Source of the DNA: Candidatus Micrarchaeota archaeon
GTDB taxonomy: Archaea; Micrarchaeota; Micrarchaeia; Anstonellales; Bilamarchaeaceae
Length of the DNA stretch: 64,000 nt
NCBI GenBank assembly: GCA_043827025.1
Contig: JBDRPL010000019.1
Location: forward strand, 1-64,000
Reading direction: 5' to 3'
In this document: positions 9,793-18,824 of the stretch, piece after piece
How positions within the stretch are numbered: position 1 is the stretch's first letter
Layout: each line of letters opens with the position of its first letter
Program-made: the position numbers and the translations under genes
The notes under the pieces: generated by a model
Database searches by the model: none
Seen by the model: only the letters and a program-made list of their open reading frames with translations
What the model was told of the DNA's origin: nothing

Positions 9793-11118
9793 ATGAGGCT
9801 AAAACGATTCAGATCAGGCAATATGAGTCATGTCTCTTGCCATTCGGCCTTAAAACGGGCTGTTTTTGCCTTATTTCTGCCATTGGTTTCGCTAACAGCC
9901 CCATCATCAGGCGCAGAAGAGGTCGTTAAAATGCCAGTATTATTACAGTCACCAGAATTGCAGAGTTTTCTTGGACCAAGAGGGATAAAGCTTGAAGAAG
10001 TTGCAAAGAGTGCACAGGGTTCTCCAGTAGGTTTGAACGGGAATGGTTCAATGAGCTTTATGATTGATGCTAACGGCCAAACTTATCGTGTCACCTTTCC
10101 AAAAGATACTGTGGAGGATTGGATGAAACTTCCACGGGATAAATTAAAGCCAGTGATAAGGCTTGAGCTTAAAGGGGTTTCGGATAGATTGATCCATAAG
10201 GTAGAAGAGCCAGTTGGAACTGGTGGGCCTACCTTTTTAGAACATCTTGGTGCAGGAATTACACCTGTGCTTAGACCTACTGAAGAAAAGCATGTCGCTC
10301 CAATAAATATTAACCGACGAATTCAAATGATTATTGATCAATTAGAGAAAGCTAGAACTTCGAAGGAAATACGAGAGGCGCTTCCTAGAGATGAGGAGTT
10401 AAAATTAGAAGTATTGTCTAACTTAACTCCTAGTCAAAGAGGTAAACTTCTTGCGATTTTGACTCCTGCTGAACGGAAAGAACTTGAAATCCTTCCCCTG
10501 GCAGTTGAAATAAGGACATTGCCTTCATTAACGCCTTATTTTATGGGATCGGACATAGGATTTATTATTTCTGGTATGGACTGTCTTAATTTCCAGGTTC
10601 CAAGAGATTTAATCATCAAGAAGAAATACAGAGAGATTTTGGGTTTTTTATCTCGGAAGATAGAATCTGCAATAACTGAGGAACAGGCCCAGTTGCCTGA
10701 AGATAAAAGAATGTCTGGAGATCAGACCTCTTCGACTGTGAAATCAATAACAGAGTTGATTGGCATTTCCCAGGTTACTGCTAATGCTGACGATATTCTA
10801 TCAAAAATTAGAACTGCAGATGCAGAAGCATCTAGTCAGGCACTTTCTTCAAGATCCTGGATTTTTAATGGTAATATATACGTAAAAAAGGGTGGTGAAG
10901 AAAAATCATATGCTGTTTCTATAGCTGTTTCCTATGCTGAAATAATAAACAAAACTCCTGCTCAGATATCTGAGATCGTTTCAACTAAAATAGATAATGC
11001 ACTATCTACGAGTATTCCAGATTCTAGAAAAAGAAAAATCGAAGTAAATATATTTATGAGGTCTTCGAATATTAAAGAATATCTGCGTGTTCTGAATTCA
11101 AGTTCAAAAGAAAAGTAA
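9793..11118 (+). CDS. Hypothetical exported or membrane-anchored orphan protein
   Basis: Long ORF with a basic N-terminus followed by a hydrophobic stretch; no family recognised. Confidence 0.6.
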   Translation: MRLKRFRSGNMSHVSCHSALKRAVFALFLPLVSLTAPSSGAEEVVKMPVLLQSPELQSFLGPRGIKLEEVAKSAQGSPVGLNGNGSMSFMIDANGQTYRVTFPKDTVEDWMKLPRDKLKPVIRLELKGVSDRLIHKVEEPVGTGGPTFLEHLGAGITPVLRPTEEKHVAPININRRIQMIIDQLEKARTSKEIREALPRDEELKLEVLSNLTPSQRGKLLAILTPAERKELEILPLAVEIRTLPSLTPYFMGSDIGFIISGMDCLNFQVPRDLIIKKKYREILGFLSRKIESAITEEQAQLPEDKRMSGDQTSSTVKSITELIGISQVTANADDILSKIRTADAEASSQALSSRSWIFNGNIYVKKGGEEKSYAVSIAVSYAEIINKTPAQISEIVSTKIDNALSTSIPDSRKRKIEVNIFMRSSNIKEYLRVLNSSSKEK

Positions 11119-11166
11119 TCGTTCCAAATTCTCTTATTTTATAAAGTTTCACTTCTTATTTAACTC

Positions 11167-11967
11167 ATGAAATGCATACGCTGTGGTATGGAAGCGCATC
11201 AGTATGGCTCTGATGGTTTGCCCTACTGTGATGGCTGTGCATTCTATGGCTTGAATAAGCAGTGCTGGAAATGCAGGATGTATATACCTTCTTCTGAGTT
11301 GCAGCAATATATGGGGCAGTGGATATGCCCAGTATGCCTGAATGATTCTAAGAGCGAAGAGCGCAGGCACGATGAGAGTTCGCGCAAACCGAGAGTAGAG
11401 CAGGAAATCATCAATGAGGAGTGCGCGAGATGCAGGCGAGAGTTGACAGTTGTTTATTATTACAAAGGAGAGAAGCTCTGCGAATTCTGCGCAAGGGTGG
11501 AACGCGATGACAAGGGCAACCTTCCGAATTCAATGTCTGTCTTCAGGATAGGGAACAAGAAGAAAAAGGGCATTTTTGGGAAGATAGTGGATCTGGTGCG
11601 CGGGAAGCCAAGGGAAAGAGACGAACGGAAAGTTTTCATCGAAGCGGTGCGCAATAATGAAAAAAAGAAAAAGTCCATAAATATAGATGAAGAAAAGATA
11701 CGGGCTTTGGATGAAGACGAGCTTCCAGGAGAAAAAAAAGAGCTAGAGAAATCCGAAGAGGCTGAAAAACCAAAGCCTTTTGGGAAAAAAGAAGATGAGG
11801 CGAGATTCAGGCCTCTTATCGACAAGCAGAAGACTAAGAAGGAAATTTTTGCATCCTTCAAGTCCCCTAAAGAGAATTACAAGATTGAGGTGCCGGTCAA
11901 CTCAGGCGCCAAGAGCGCAAGCAAACCAAAGGCCCAGAAGAAGAAACGCACTTCGAAGAAGGATTAA
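11167..11967 (+). CDS. Multi-zinc-finger protein with Lys/Glu-rich C-terminal tail
   Basis: Six CxxC pairs followed by a low-complexity charged tail. Confidence 0.7.
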   Translation: MKCIRCGMEAHQYGSDGLPYCDGCAFYGLNKQCWKCRMYIPSSELQQYMGQWICPVCLNDSKSEERRHDESSRKPRVEQEIINEECARCRRELTVVYYYKGEKLCEFCARVERDDKGNLPNSMSVFRIGNKKKKGIFGKIVDLVRGKPRERDERKVFIEAVRNNEKKKKSINIDEEKIRALDEDELPGEKKELEKSEEAEKPKPFGKKEDEARFRPLIDKQKTKKEIFASFKSPKENYKIEVPVNSGAKSASKPKAQKKKRTSKKD

Positions 11968-11995
11968 AAGCTTATTCTTACACATTTGTCTAAGT

Positions 11996-12493
11996 ATGAA
12001 AATAGACTATTCTTCTTTAAGGGACATTCAGCGCAAGGAATCTGAATCAGCTGCCATAGTTTCAGTTGACGATGGGTTCTATGGTGAGGTCTCAGAGGTG
12101 CTGTCTGCCAAGACTGCAGAAGCATTCCGTTCCAATTCTCTTCTTGCAATACGTGAATGCGAAAACCTCAAGCGCATTGTTCTCGGTATATTTTCCAAAA
12201 GGGAGGAGAAAATAATTCTCATGGCCCTGAGGAACGAGAACAACAGCGAAGGGCTCACAAAGGAAGAAAAGGAGATGCTTAAAAACCTAGTGGATATAAT
12301 AAATAAAAGAAGAAGTCACGTTAACGACCTTTTGTTTTTATCAAAGAGGCGAGTCCGAATCCTGAAGGATGTTGAACAATACACCGGAACGGACAACAAC
12401 ACCTACGGTCCGTTCAAGACTGGAGAGGAATGCTCTTTGCCTAAAGTAGAGGCCGATTGGCTGTTGAAGTCGAAATTAGCTGACTTGATATGA
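11996..12493 (+). CDS. DNA replication complex GINS subunit (Gins15/51-type)
   Basis: REEKII..AL...GLTKEEK A-domain; VRILKDV..YTG.D..YGPF..G B-domain; usual position before rpl44e. Confidence 0.85.
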   Translation: MKIDYSSLRDIQRKESESAAIVSVDDGFYGEVSEVLSAKTAEAFRSNSLLAIRECENLKRIVLGIFSKREEKIILMALRNENNSEGLTKEEKEMLKNLVDIINKRRSHVNDLLFLSKRRVRILKDVEQYTGTDNNTYGPFKTGEECSLPKVEADWLLKSKLADLI

Positions 12494-12540
12494 AAAATTG
12501 AAGACATTTAAGTAGATTCGAATAAATTTGAGGTGAAGAT

Positions 12541-12825
12541 ATGAAATTTCCAAAACAAGTAAATACATATTGCCCTTACTGTAATTCTCACCAGATACAC
12601 AAGGTGAAAGTTGCAAGCAAGGGCGCACCAAGGACGATGGCTAAGGGTAACAGGGCGCACCAAAGGAGTCTTGAAGGTCACGGTGGTAAGAGAGCTGGTG
12701 AAAAGACTGTCAAGAAGCAGGGCAAGAGGCAGAAACTCATGCTTACGTGTAATCAGTGCAAGAAGAAGCAGGAAAGAGTACTCGGCGGCGGAAGGACGAA
12801 GAAGAAAGTCGAGATCAAAGGATGA
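12541..12825 (+). CDS. rpl44e: 50S ribosomal protein L44e
   Basis: MKFPKQVNTYCPYCNSHQIHKV...LTCNQC. Confidence 0.95.
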   Translation: MKFPKQVNTYCPYCNSHQIHKVKVASKGAPRTMAKGNRAHQRSLEGHGGKRAGEKTVKKQGKRQKLMLTCNQCKKKQERVLGGGRTKKKVEIKG

Positions 12826-12836
12826 TGGTGATTTTA

Positions 12837-13016
12837 ATGACTATTAAAACTAACAGCAGATTTTATCTTGTAAAATGCAAATGCGGTTCTGAGAAGAAGA
12901 TTTTCAGCCATGTGAACCAGCAGGTTAAGTGCGATTCATGCAAAGAAATTCTTGCAGAATCTTCTGGTGGAAAAGCAATTTTCATGGGCAAGATTATTTC
13001 GGAGTTGGACAAGTAA
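12837..13016 (+). CDS. rps27e: 30S ribosomal protein S27e
   Basis: SRFYLVKCKCG...IFSH...VKCDSC...GGKA. Confidence 0.95.
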   Translation: MTIKTNSRFYLVKCKCGSEKKIFSHVNQQVKCDSCKEILAESSGGKAIFMGKIISELDK

Positions 13017-13017
13017 A

Positions 13018-13770
13018 ATGTCAAACAAGGTTCCGGAAGTTGACGAGCTCGTTGTAGCAGTCATAAAGAAAATAATGCCTTATGGTGCATTTTGCGTGCT
13101 TCCGGAATATGATAATATTGAGGCATTTTTGCACGTCTCAGAAGTGGCTCCGCGATGGATAAAAAACATCCACGAGTTCATTTCAGAAGGCGGAACCCAT
13201 GTTGTAAAGATCTACAGATTAGATCGTGAAAAGAACCAGATAGATGTTTCATTGAAGAGAGTAACAGATCAGGAGAAGAATCGAAAGCTGGAAGCTTCGC
13301 GCCAGAAGAAAAGGGCTGATAAGCTTTTGTCGCTTGCAACAGAGAAGACTAAGGTGGATATTGCAGTGGCGCAGGCTGCAATCGAAAAGGAGTTCGAAGA
13401 TGTTTATTCTTGTTTTGCATTCTGTTCTGAAGAAGGCATGGATGCTTTGAAAAATATCGACCTTCCTGAAGCATTTAAGATTGAGCTCGTTGATTTAGCA
13501 AAGAAGAACCTAAAGAAGGCGTCTGTTGATATTGCAGGCCTGATAACTGTCCAGTGCTATGAGCCCGATGGCATTGAGAGGATAAAGAAGACTCTTGAAT
13601 TAGGAGAAGGCGTTTCTATAAGCTATTTCGGAGCACCTAATTATAGGGTTTCTATAACTGAAGAGAACTTCAAATTGGGAGAGAAAAAGCTCATGAAGAT
13701 AATTCAGGGAATAATCTCGAACGGCGCCAAGAATAAATGCGAAGTGAAATTCACAGGCATGCAGGAATGA
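13018..13770 (+). CDS. eif2a: Translation initiation factor aIF-2 alpha
   Basis: S1 domain PEVDELVV...YGAF..LPEY...HVSEVAPRWIKNI; YFGAPNYRV. Confidence 0.95.
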   Translation: MSNKVPEVDELVVAVIKKIMPYGAFCVLPEYDNIEAFLHVSEVAPRWIKNIHEFISEGGTHVVKIYRLDREKNQIDVSLKRVTDQEKNRKLEASRQKKRADKLLSLATEKTKVDIAVAQAAIEKEFEDVYSCFAFCSEEGMDALKNIDLPEAFKIELVDLAKKNLKKASVDIAGLITVQCYEPDGIERIKKTLELGEGVSISYFGAPNYRVSITEENFKLGEKKLMKIIQGIISNGAKNKCEVKFTGMQE

Positions 13771-13780
13771 GTGTAATAAA

Positions 13781-13960
13781 ATGAAGAAGATGAGGATATG
13801 TTCTGTTTGTGGTGTATATACTCTTAGTGAACAGCATTGTGGAGTTTTGTCGAGGTCAGCACACCCTGTCCCATTCGTGTATTCGGATAGATATTTAAAC
13901 TCTTTCGATTTCAGTTTATCATATGAAAGAAACACTCATCATCGAGAGAGAAAGGGTTAA
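13781..13960 (+). CDS. nop10: H/ACA RNP protein Nop10 (not in ORF track)
   Basis: Manual translation MKKMRICSVCGVYTLSEQHCGVLSRSAHPVPFVYSDRY...; expected position between aIF2a and PAC2. Confidence 0.85.
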   Translation: MKKMRICSVCGVYTLSEQHCGVLSRSAHPVPFVYSDRYLNSFDFSLSYERNTHHRERKG

Positions 13961-14684
13961 GCCAAAGGATCCTGTTCTTGTTGTTGGTCTTCCTGGCATA
14001 GGCTTAATAGGCCGTGTTGTAGGAAGGTATCTCGTAGAGGAGTTGAAAGGCCAAAGGATAGCAGATCTTTATTCACCTCATTTTCCCCACCAGGTTTTCA
14101 TGACCAAGAAAGGAGGAATGAGGCTCATCAGGAACAAGTTTTATTTTTTAAAAGGAAAGAAGCAGGATGTTATAGTTTTGACTGGCGATGTCCAGGCGAT
14201 TTCAAGCGTAGGCCAATACGAAGTCAGCGGGGTCATAATTGATTATTTGAAGAAATTGGGAGTCAAGACTATTCTTACAGTTGGTGGTTACAGTACTGGA
14301 AAAATCCAAGAGCAGAGAAGGGTTTTTGGAGTTTCAACCACAATCGCGCTCAAGAAAGAATTCGAAAAGAAAGGTGTTGTTTTTGGCCTTGCAAAAGGCT
14401 CTATAGTCGGTGCAGCGGGCCTTCTTCCATCATTGGGAAGGCTTCGGGGCATACAAGGCATCTGCATTATGGGTGAAACACACGGAAGCTATGTGGACAT
14501 CAGTTCTGCAAAGGCGATAGTCTCCCTGCTTTCTGAATATTTTGATTTCCAGTTAAACCTTTCCAAGCTTGACAAAAAAGCCAAGGAAAGCGAGAAGATA
14601 CTCAGGAAAGTGGAGGAGGAGATAGAGAAGAATTCTGTCTTGCCATACCAGTCCACTGACAGGAGCACTTCATACATCAGATAA
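13923..14684 (+). CDS. Proteasome assembly chaperone PAC2 family protein
   Basis: VVGLPGIGLIG, YSPHFPHQV, GSIVGAAGLL, CIMGET, terminal YIR. Confidence 0.9.
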   Translation: MKETLIIERERVKPKDPVLVVGLPGIGLIGRVVGRYLVEELKGQRIADLYSPHFPHQVFMTKKGGMRLIRNKFYFLKGKKQDVIVLTGDVQAISSVGQYEVSGVIIDYLKKLGVKTILTVGGYSTGKIQEQRRVFGVSTTIALKKEFEKKGVVFGLAKGSIVGAAGLLPSLGRLRGIQGICIMGETHGSYVDISSAKAIVSLLSEYFDFQLNLSKLDKKAKESEKILRKVEEEIEKNSVLPYQSTDRSTSYIR

Positions 14685-14714
14685 ATTTAATAATTTCACA
14701 GGTGTAATTGAATT

Positions 14715-14966
14715 ATGGTTTCCAAGGGACAGATTTCTGTAGAGATGCTTATTTTGATAGCAGTGATAATTGCAGTAATAGCTATTGCTGCAAGCCAATT
14801 GCTCAAGACAGCTGACAAGACTTCACAGGAAGTTGACAAACGATCTGATGAAGTTCTTAAGACAACTGAAACTGCTATGAAGTCCAAGAAAGGTGGGCCA
14901 TGCACAAGCGATTCCAGCTGTGCTGAAGGCTTGCGATGCAATATGGACAGCTACGTTTGTGAATAG
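14715..14966 (+). CDS. Class III signal peptide protein (archaeal pilin-like)
   Basis: SKG|QISVEMLILIAVII; C-terminal Cys cluster. Confidence 0.8.
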   Translation: MVSKGQISVEMLILIAVIIAVIAIAASQLLKTADKTSQEVDKRSDEVLKTTETAMKSKKGGPCTSDSSCAEGLRCNMDSYVCE

Positions 14967-15344
14967 ATGGAAAATCTAAAGGCTCAGGTTACAGTAGAGT
15001 ATCTCCTGGTTTTTGCACTTTCGCTTTCTCTTATTTCTATCTCTATTTTTGTTTTGATGAATGTGAAGGATGGTTCGGACAAGTCAATTCGCCTCTCTAA
15101 GTTAAGAAGCATGGCAGATGATTTTGCAGATAAGTCTGACACACTCTGTTCATTGGGCAATGGTGCAAGATTGGGTTTTGCTACTGACGAGAAATTGGAG
15201 ACGCGGAGGAATGTTTTCACTTTTGGTTCAGAGATTTCAGGTAAATCTGTTTGTTCTTTCCACGATAATTATTTCTTTCAGCACGGCAATTTTGTAATGG
15301 AGAATTTTTATGGGGAGATTATGCTGGAAGAAGTTAAGGATTAA
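14967..15344 (+). CDS. Class III signal peptide protein (archaeal pilin-like)
   Basis: LKA|QVTVEYLLVFAL. Confidence 0.8.
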   Translation: MENLKAQVTVEYLLVFALSLSLISISIFVLMNVKDGSDKSIRLSKLRSMADDFADKSDTLCSLGNGARLGFATDEKLETRRNVFTFGSEISGKSVCSFHDNYFFQHGNFVMENFYGEIMLEEVKD

Positions 15345-15368
15345 ATCCTTTTTATTCTAATCTCACTT

Positions 15369-15926
15369 ATGACAAACGTTTTCATTATCCATGGCACTGC
15401 CGGCTATCCTGGTGAGAATTGGTTTCCATGGCTTAAGGATGAATTGGAGATACTTGGCTGCAAAGTAATTGTTCCGCAGTTTCCTACCCCTTTGAACCAG
15501 ACGCCTGAAATTTGGTTTGAAGTATTTGACAAATACAAAGAGGAGTTTACAGAAGATGCTATTTTGGTGGCTCACAGTTTGGGAGGTGCATTTGCGCTTC
15601 GCATCCTGGAGAAGAGCAAAGTCAAAATCAGGGCTACTTTTCTTGTGGCAGCTCCAATTGGGATTTTACCAATAAGGAATTATGAAGGTGACAAGCCATT
15701 CATAGGGAAGCCATTTGATTGGAAGAAAATCAAGAACAACAGCAGAAAGTTCTTCGTTTTCCATTCTGAAGATGATCCAATGGTTTCGGTTGGTAATGGA
15801 GTTGAGCTTTCGAAGCAAGTTGGCGCTGAATTCACAAGGCCTCCGAATGCAGGGCATTTCAATGCAAAGGCAGGTTATCTGACGTTTGAGTTGCTTTTGG
15901 AGAAGATGAAAGAAGTGCTGGGCTAA
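15369..15926 (+). CDS. RBBP9/YdeN alpha/beta hydrolase
   Basis: IIHG..G.P.ENWFPWL, VAHSLG, HSEDDP, AGHFN. Confidence 0.92.
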   Translation: MTNVFIIHGTAGYPGENWFPWLKDELEILGCKVIVPQFPTPLNQTPEIWFEVFDKYKEEFTEDAILVAHSLGGAFALRILEKSKVKIRATFLVAAPIGILPIRNYEGDKPFIGKPFDWKKIKNNSRKFFVFHSEDDPMVSVGNGVELSKQVGAEFTRPPNAGHFNAKAGYLTFELLLEKMKEVLG

Positions 15927-15948
15927 AAGTTATTGAAAAAGAAAAAAA

Positions 15949-16061
15949 AGCCCCTGGAGGGATCTTCAGCTTGCTGACGAATTTTGGTCGTCAGACCAAA
16001 GCTATTGAACCCCCGACCTCAGGTTTACAAAACCCGCGCTCTACCACTGAGCCACAGAGGC
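15949..16061 (-). tRNA. tRNA-Thr(TGT) with a 41-nt T-loop intron (59/60; intron 15963-16003)
   Basis: GCCTCTG/CAGGGGC acceptor; CGGGT-TT-TGT-AA-ACCTG; BHB with TTCA/TGAA helix and bulges AT|A and GA|T; spliced T-loop TTCAATT. Confidence 0.92.
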
Positions 16062-16186
16062 ATGATTAAGGCTTAATTAATGCTTATTAAGAGGTAGATT
16101 TTAATTTTTGTGGACAGATATCTTTTTATATTAATCTCTTTTAATTAATCTCTAAGTTCTAACGTTATTTACATAGGTGTATTTAT

Positions 16187-16345
16187 ATGGGTAAATTCGC
16201 AGAAGCAGACGCAGAAATCATAAAGATTGTAATTTGCAGGAAATGCAAGAGCAGAAACAAGAAAACAGTTAAGAAATGCAGAAAGTGCGGCGCAGGCGCT
16301 ATAGATATGAGGCCAAAGCGAAAAGACATAAGAGCCAAGAAGTAG
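16187..16345 (+). CDS. rpl40e: 50S ribosomal protein L40e (not in ORF track)
   Basis: Manual translation MGKFAEADAEIIKIVICRKCKSRNKKTVKKCRKCG...MRPKRKD; AGGTG upstream. Confidence 0.95.
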   Translation: MGKFAEADAEIIKIVICRKCKSRNKKTVKKCRKCGAGAIDMRPKRKDIRAKK

Positions 16346-16390
16346 TCTCTTTATTTCCTTATTCTTATTTTGTTTTCTTTTTTACAACTA

Positions 16391-16482
16391 TAGCAAACCG
16401 CATAATTTTTGCGGTTCGCTATTAGTAATCTACCTTTAGGGCGATTATAAGTTTGAGTTTGTACTACTTTGGTGGATTGCTA
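16391..16482. repeat. Twin inverted-repeat element (TAGCAA...TCGCTA then TAGTAA...TTGCTA)
   Basis: TAGCAAACCGCA/TGCGGTTCGCTA and TAGTAATCTACC/GGTGGATTGCTA. Confidence 0.6.
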
Positions 16483-16544
16483 TAATTTAAAAATTGATTC
16501 GGGCTTAAATAGTTCTGTCGAATTTGCTGTTGTAAGTTCAACAT

Positions 16545-16638
16545 GCAGGGGTGGCAGAAGCCTTGAACCGTTGTTCAAGAACTGCCAAGTTGCTTCGCAA
16601 CTCAAATCCCTGCTCACTTCGTTCGCAGGGGTGGCAGA
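16545..16638 (+). repeat. 14-bp direct duplication of the tRNA-Leu 5' end with internal inverted copies
   Basis: GCAGGGGTGGCAGA at 16545-16558 and 16625-16638; complements CTGCCA (16582-16587) and TCCCTGC (16607-16613). Confidence 0.85.
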
Positions 16639-16902
16639 GCGGTCAAATGCGGCGGGCTTAGAAAGGCTTTTTTGAACAAGTACAGACATGTGGCAAAAAA
16701 CCCTGGAAACACGAATGAACTTTGTTCATTGTGTCCATTGAAATCGAAAACGATTTCAATCGGGAAGCCACGTGGTATTACTTCCAACAAATGTCTTATG
16801 AAACCCGTTGGCCTAGCGTCTACGCAGGTTCGAAACAGAGCCCCAGCGGGCTCCGTACCTTTTGCAACCAAGAGGTGCAATACGAAAACCCTGCCCCCTG
16901 CA
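16625..16902 (+). tRNA. tRNA-Leu(TAG) with two introns: 140 nt at 37/38 (16663-16802) and 54 nt at 59/60 (16835-16888)
   Basis: GCAGGGG/CCCCTGC-A acceptor; GCGGG-CT-TAG-A|A-CCCGT; long variable arm; T-loop TTCG/CGAA helix with cut sites AA|A and AA|C. Confidence 0.88.
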
Positions 16903-16971
16903 TTTTTTATTTGTAAAAAATGTTGACTCCTGAACGTCGGTTCAGGCCTGCTGCAATTTTATTGCCATAAC

Positions 16972-18246
16972 TCAATTGCATTCTATCAGAATGTCATCCA
17001 GATACATGCTGACTTCATAATCCTCAAAATTATAGATTCCAGAAGAAAACCGTATTCCGTTTATTTGATCTATCTTGTCTAGTGGAACAACCTCGTTTGC
17101 AGCATCCTGAAGATGGATGGAAACCAACCTCCAATCAGCATCCTTTCCTGGCCCGAAATTGTTTGTATACGGCACTCCGAAGAACTCAGGAACTGTATTT
17201 TCATCGGCATAAACCCAATAATATTCTGCCAGTGTGCCAAGTTCTTTGTCTAAAAAGCTTATTCTTGCATAGATGATTGCTGATTTATTTGTCAAGTCAT
17301 GGCTATTTAAAATTTTAAATGAGAAATTGTAATTACCCATCTTGTCCTGTTCAAGAACTAGCCTGTGGGAAATGGAGGACCTTTCATTTGAATTATGCGT
17401 ATTTTGTATTTTAAGATATAAATTGTTTTTTGAGTCTCTTTCCAATGAAAAATCAGGGTAGTTTTCTTCAACGACATTTCCATTTCCATTGACTTCTATG
17501 TATGGATACCATTCAGAGAGTTTTCCTTCAAAATCGTTGTTAGGGAAGCCAACACAGATATTCGCTTTATCCTCGTATCCACAAAAAATTCTTGTCGAAT
17601 CGATTATTTTAGTTTGTAGTATGGTATCATTCACACATGTTTTTCCTTTGTCGATAGTCTTCAACATATCATCGCAACTATCCTTCATCAGGACAGTATT
17701 TGTTTCATGGGTTGTGTGCGTCTTCACCACTCGTTCAAATGCACTCAAAAAATCATTTTCAAATTCAGCGCAGAATTTGACATTGCTGCATCTCTCCCCG
17801 AGAATGGGCCGTACTTCTTCATAATCATAAAAACAATCTTTATATTGGTCTATCATACTCAAAGTTGCGTCACAATAAGAGAGGACTGTGGAAAAGTTAA
17901 CATTTTCACCGTTTTTAACGATGTCCCCGATGTCTTTAATCTGCTTGTTCAGAGCATTTTCTTTTTCATCAACAGGAATGCAGGATTTGAAGTAATTGCA
18001 TGCTTCGGTGAGTTCTGATTTCAGTTTTGAGTAATCTCGGAAACAATTTTCGTGGGATTCCAGATAAATTAGCATTTCGTCGCAGTAAACATAACGGGCG
18101 GTGAAGTTTGTTTCATCTGAATTTGTAAATTGCCGGAATTCAGTAAGTTTGCTTTCAAATACCTTCTGTTCTTCAGAACAGGATTGGAGGCACCCGTTCA
18201 TAAATAAAAAAACAAGCGTTGCAAGGAATATAATCGTCTTTTTCAT
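16972..18246 (-). CDS. Hypothetical Cys-rich lipoprotein
   Basis: MKKTIIFLATLVFLFMNGC lipobox-like; repeated helical Cys pattern. Confidence 0.65.
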   Translation of the reverse strand: MKKTIIFLATLVFLFMNGCLQSCSEEQKVFESKLTEFRQFTNSDETNFTARYVYCDEMLIYLESHENCFRDYSKLKSELTEACNYFKSCIPVDEKENALNKQIKDIGDIVKNGENVNFSTVLSYCDATLSMIDQYKDCFYDYEEVRPILGERCSNVKFCAEFENDFLSAFERVVKTHTTHETNTVLMKDSCDDMLKTIDKGKTCVNDTILQTKIIDSTRIFCGYEDKANICVGFPNNDFEGKLSEWYPYIEVNGNGNVVEENYPDFSLERDSKNNLYLKIQNTHNSNERSSISHRLVLEQDKMGNYNFSFKILNSHDLTNKSAIIYARISFLDKELGTLAEYYWVYADENTVPEFFGVPYTNNFGPGKDADWRLVSIHLQDAANEVVPLDKIDQINGIRFSSGIYNFEDYEVSMYLDDILIECN

Positions 18247-18437
18247 GTTGTTTTTGTGGATATAAATAATTAAAAAAGCCTCCGGTGTTTCAAAACATTG
18301 CCATTTATAATCTGGGCAAGGAAATTAGGTGTTGGGATAAAGGAATTTGATGAACTGCGTAAGCTTTATTGGTATGCTAAACGAAGCGCTGAACTCATGA
18401 AGCATAGTGTTAAAAAAATTCATATACATAATCATTC

Positions 18438-18779
18438 ATGCGCATATTGCTTGCTTTGGCTGTAGTCGTCTTTTTTCTGTTTGGTTGCCTAGGTCCAGCA
18501 TTATCTTTGGAAAAGTTGAAGAATGAAGATAGGGCTGGCATGGAAAACGGATGCTACCAAAGGATATCCGGTTCTGTAAGGAATGCAGGCAGTTCAAGCG
18601 CAGAAATGGTTTTGGTGAATTGTACTGCTGTTCAAGGGGAATCAAAAATAGGATCTAGGATATCAACATTGCCCATCGTGGCAGCAGGTTCTTCTAGCGA
18701 ATTTTCAGTGGATGTGCCAACAGATTGTTTTAGGGGAAAGGCCACGTATTCCTGCGAAGTGGAATGTCGGAATTGTTGA
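18438..18779 (+). CDS. Small lipoprotein, probable Ig-like (FxLYD-like) fold
   Basis: FLFGC; ISGSVRNAG...AGSSSEFSV. Confidence 0.6.
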   Translation: MRILLALAVVVFFLFGCLGPALSLEKLKNEDRAGMENGCYQRISGSVRNAGSSSAEMVLVNCTAVQGESKIGSRISTLPIVAAGSSSEFSVDVPTDCFRGKATYSCEVECRNC

Positions 18780-18824
18780 GTACGCAGGGCAACTCTTATA
18801 AACATTTCAAATGAATAAGGGATA

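Noticed and set aside
16545..16616. Upstream cloverleaf-like unit as a separate, split or permuted tRNA gene
   Set aside because: It has no anticodon arm or T-loop consensus, and the downstream tRNA-Leu is already complete; kept only as a flank-structure finding.
16663..16802. C/D box guide RNA in the tRNA-Leu intron
   Set aside because: No RUGAUGA or CUGA boxes were found.
16469..16926. Five short overlapping ORFs (16469, 16480, 16614, 16672, 16722)
   Set aside because: They overlap the intron-containing tRNA-Leu and its structured flanks and show no protein motifs; the 140-nt intron is too short for a homing endonuclease.
18280..18437. Short open frame (..ARKLGVGIKEFDELRKLYWYAKR..) in an intergenic gap
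   Set aside because: No convincing start or recognisable family; it may be a gene remnant but cannot be supported.
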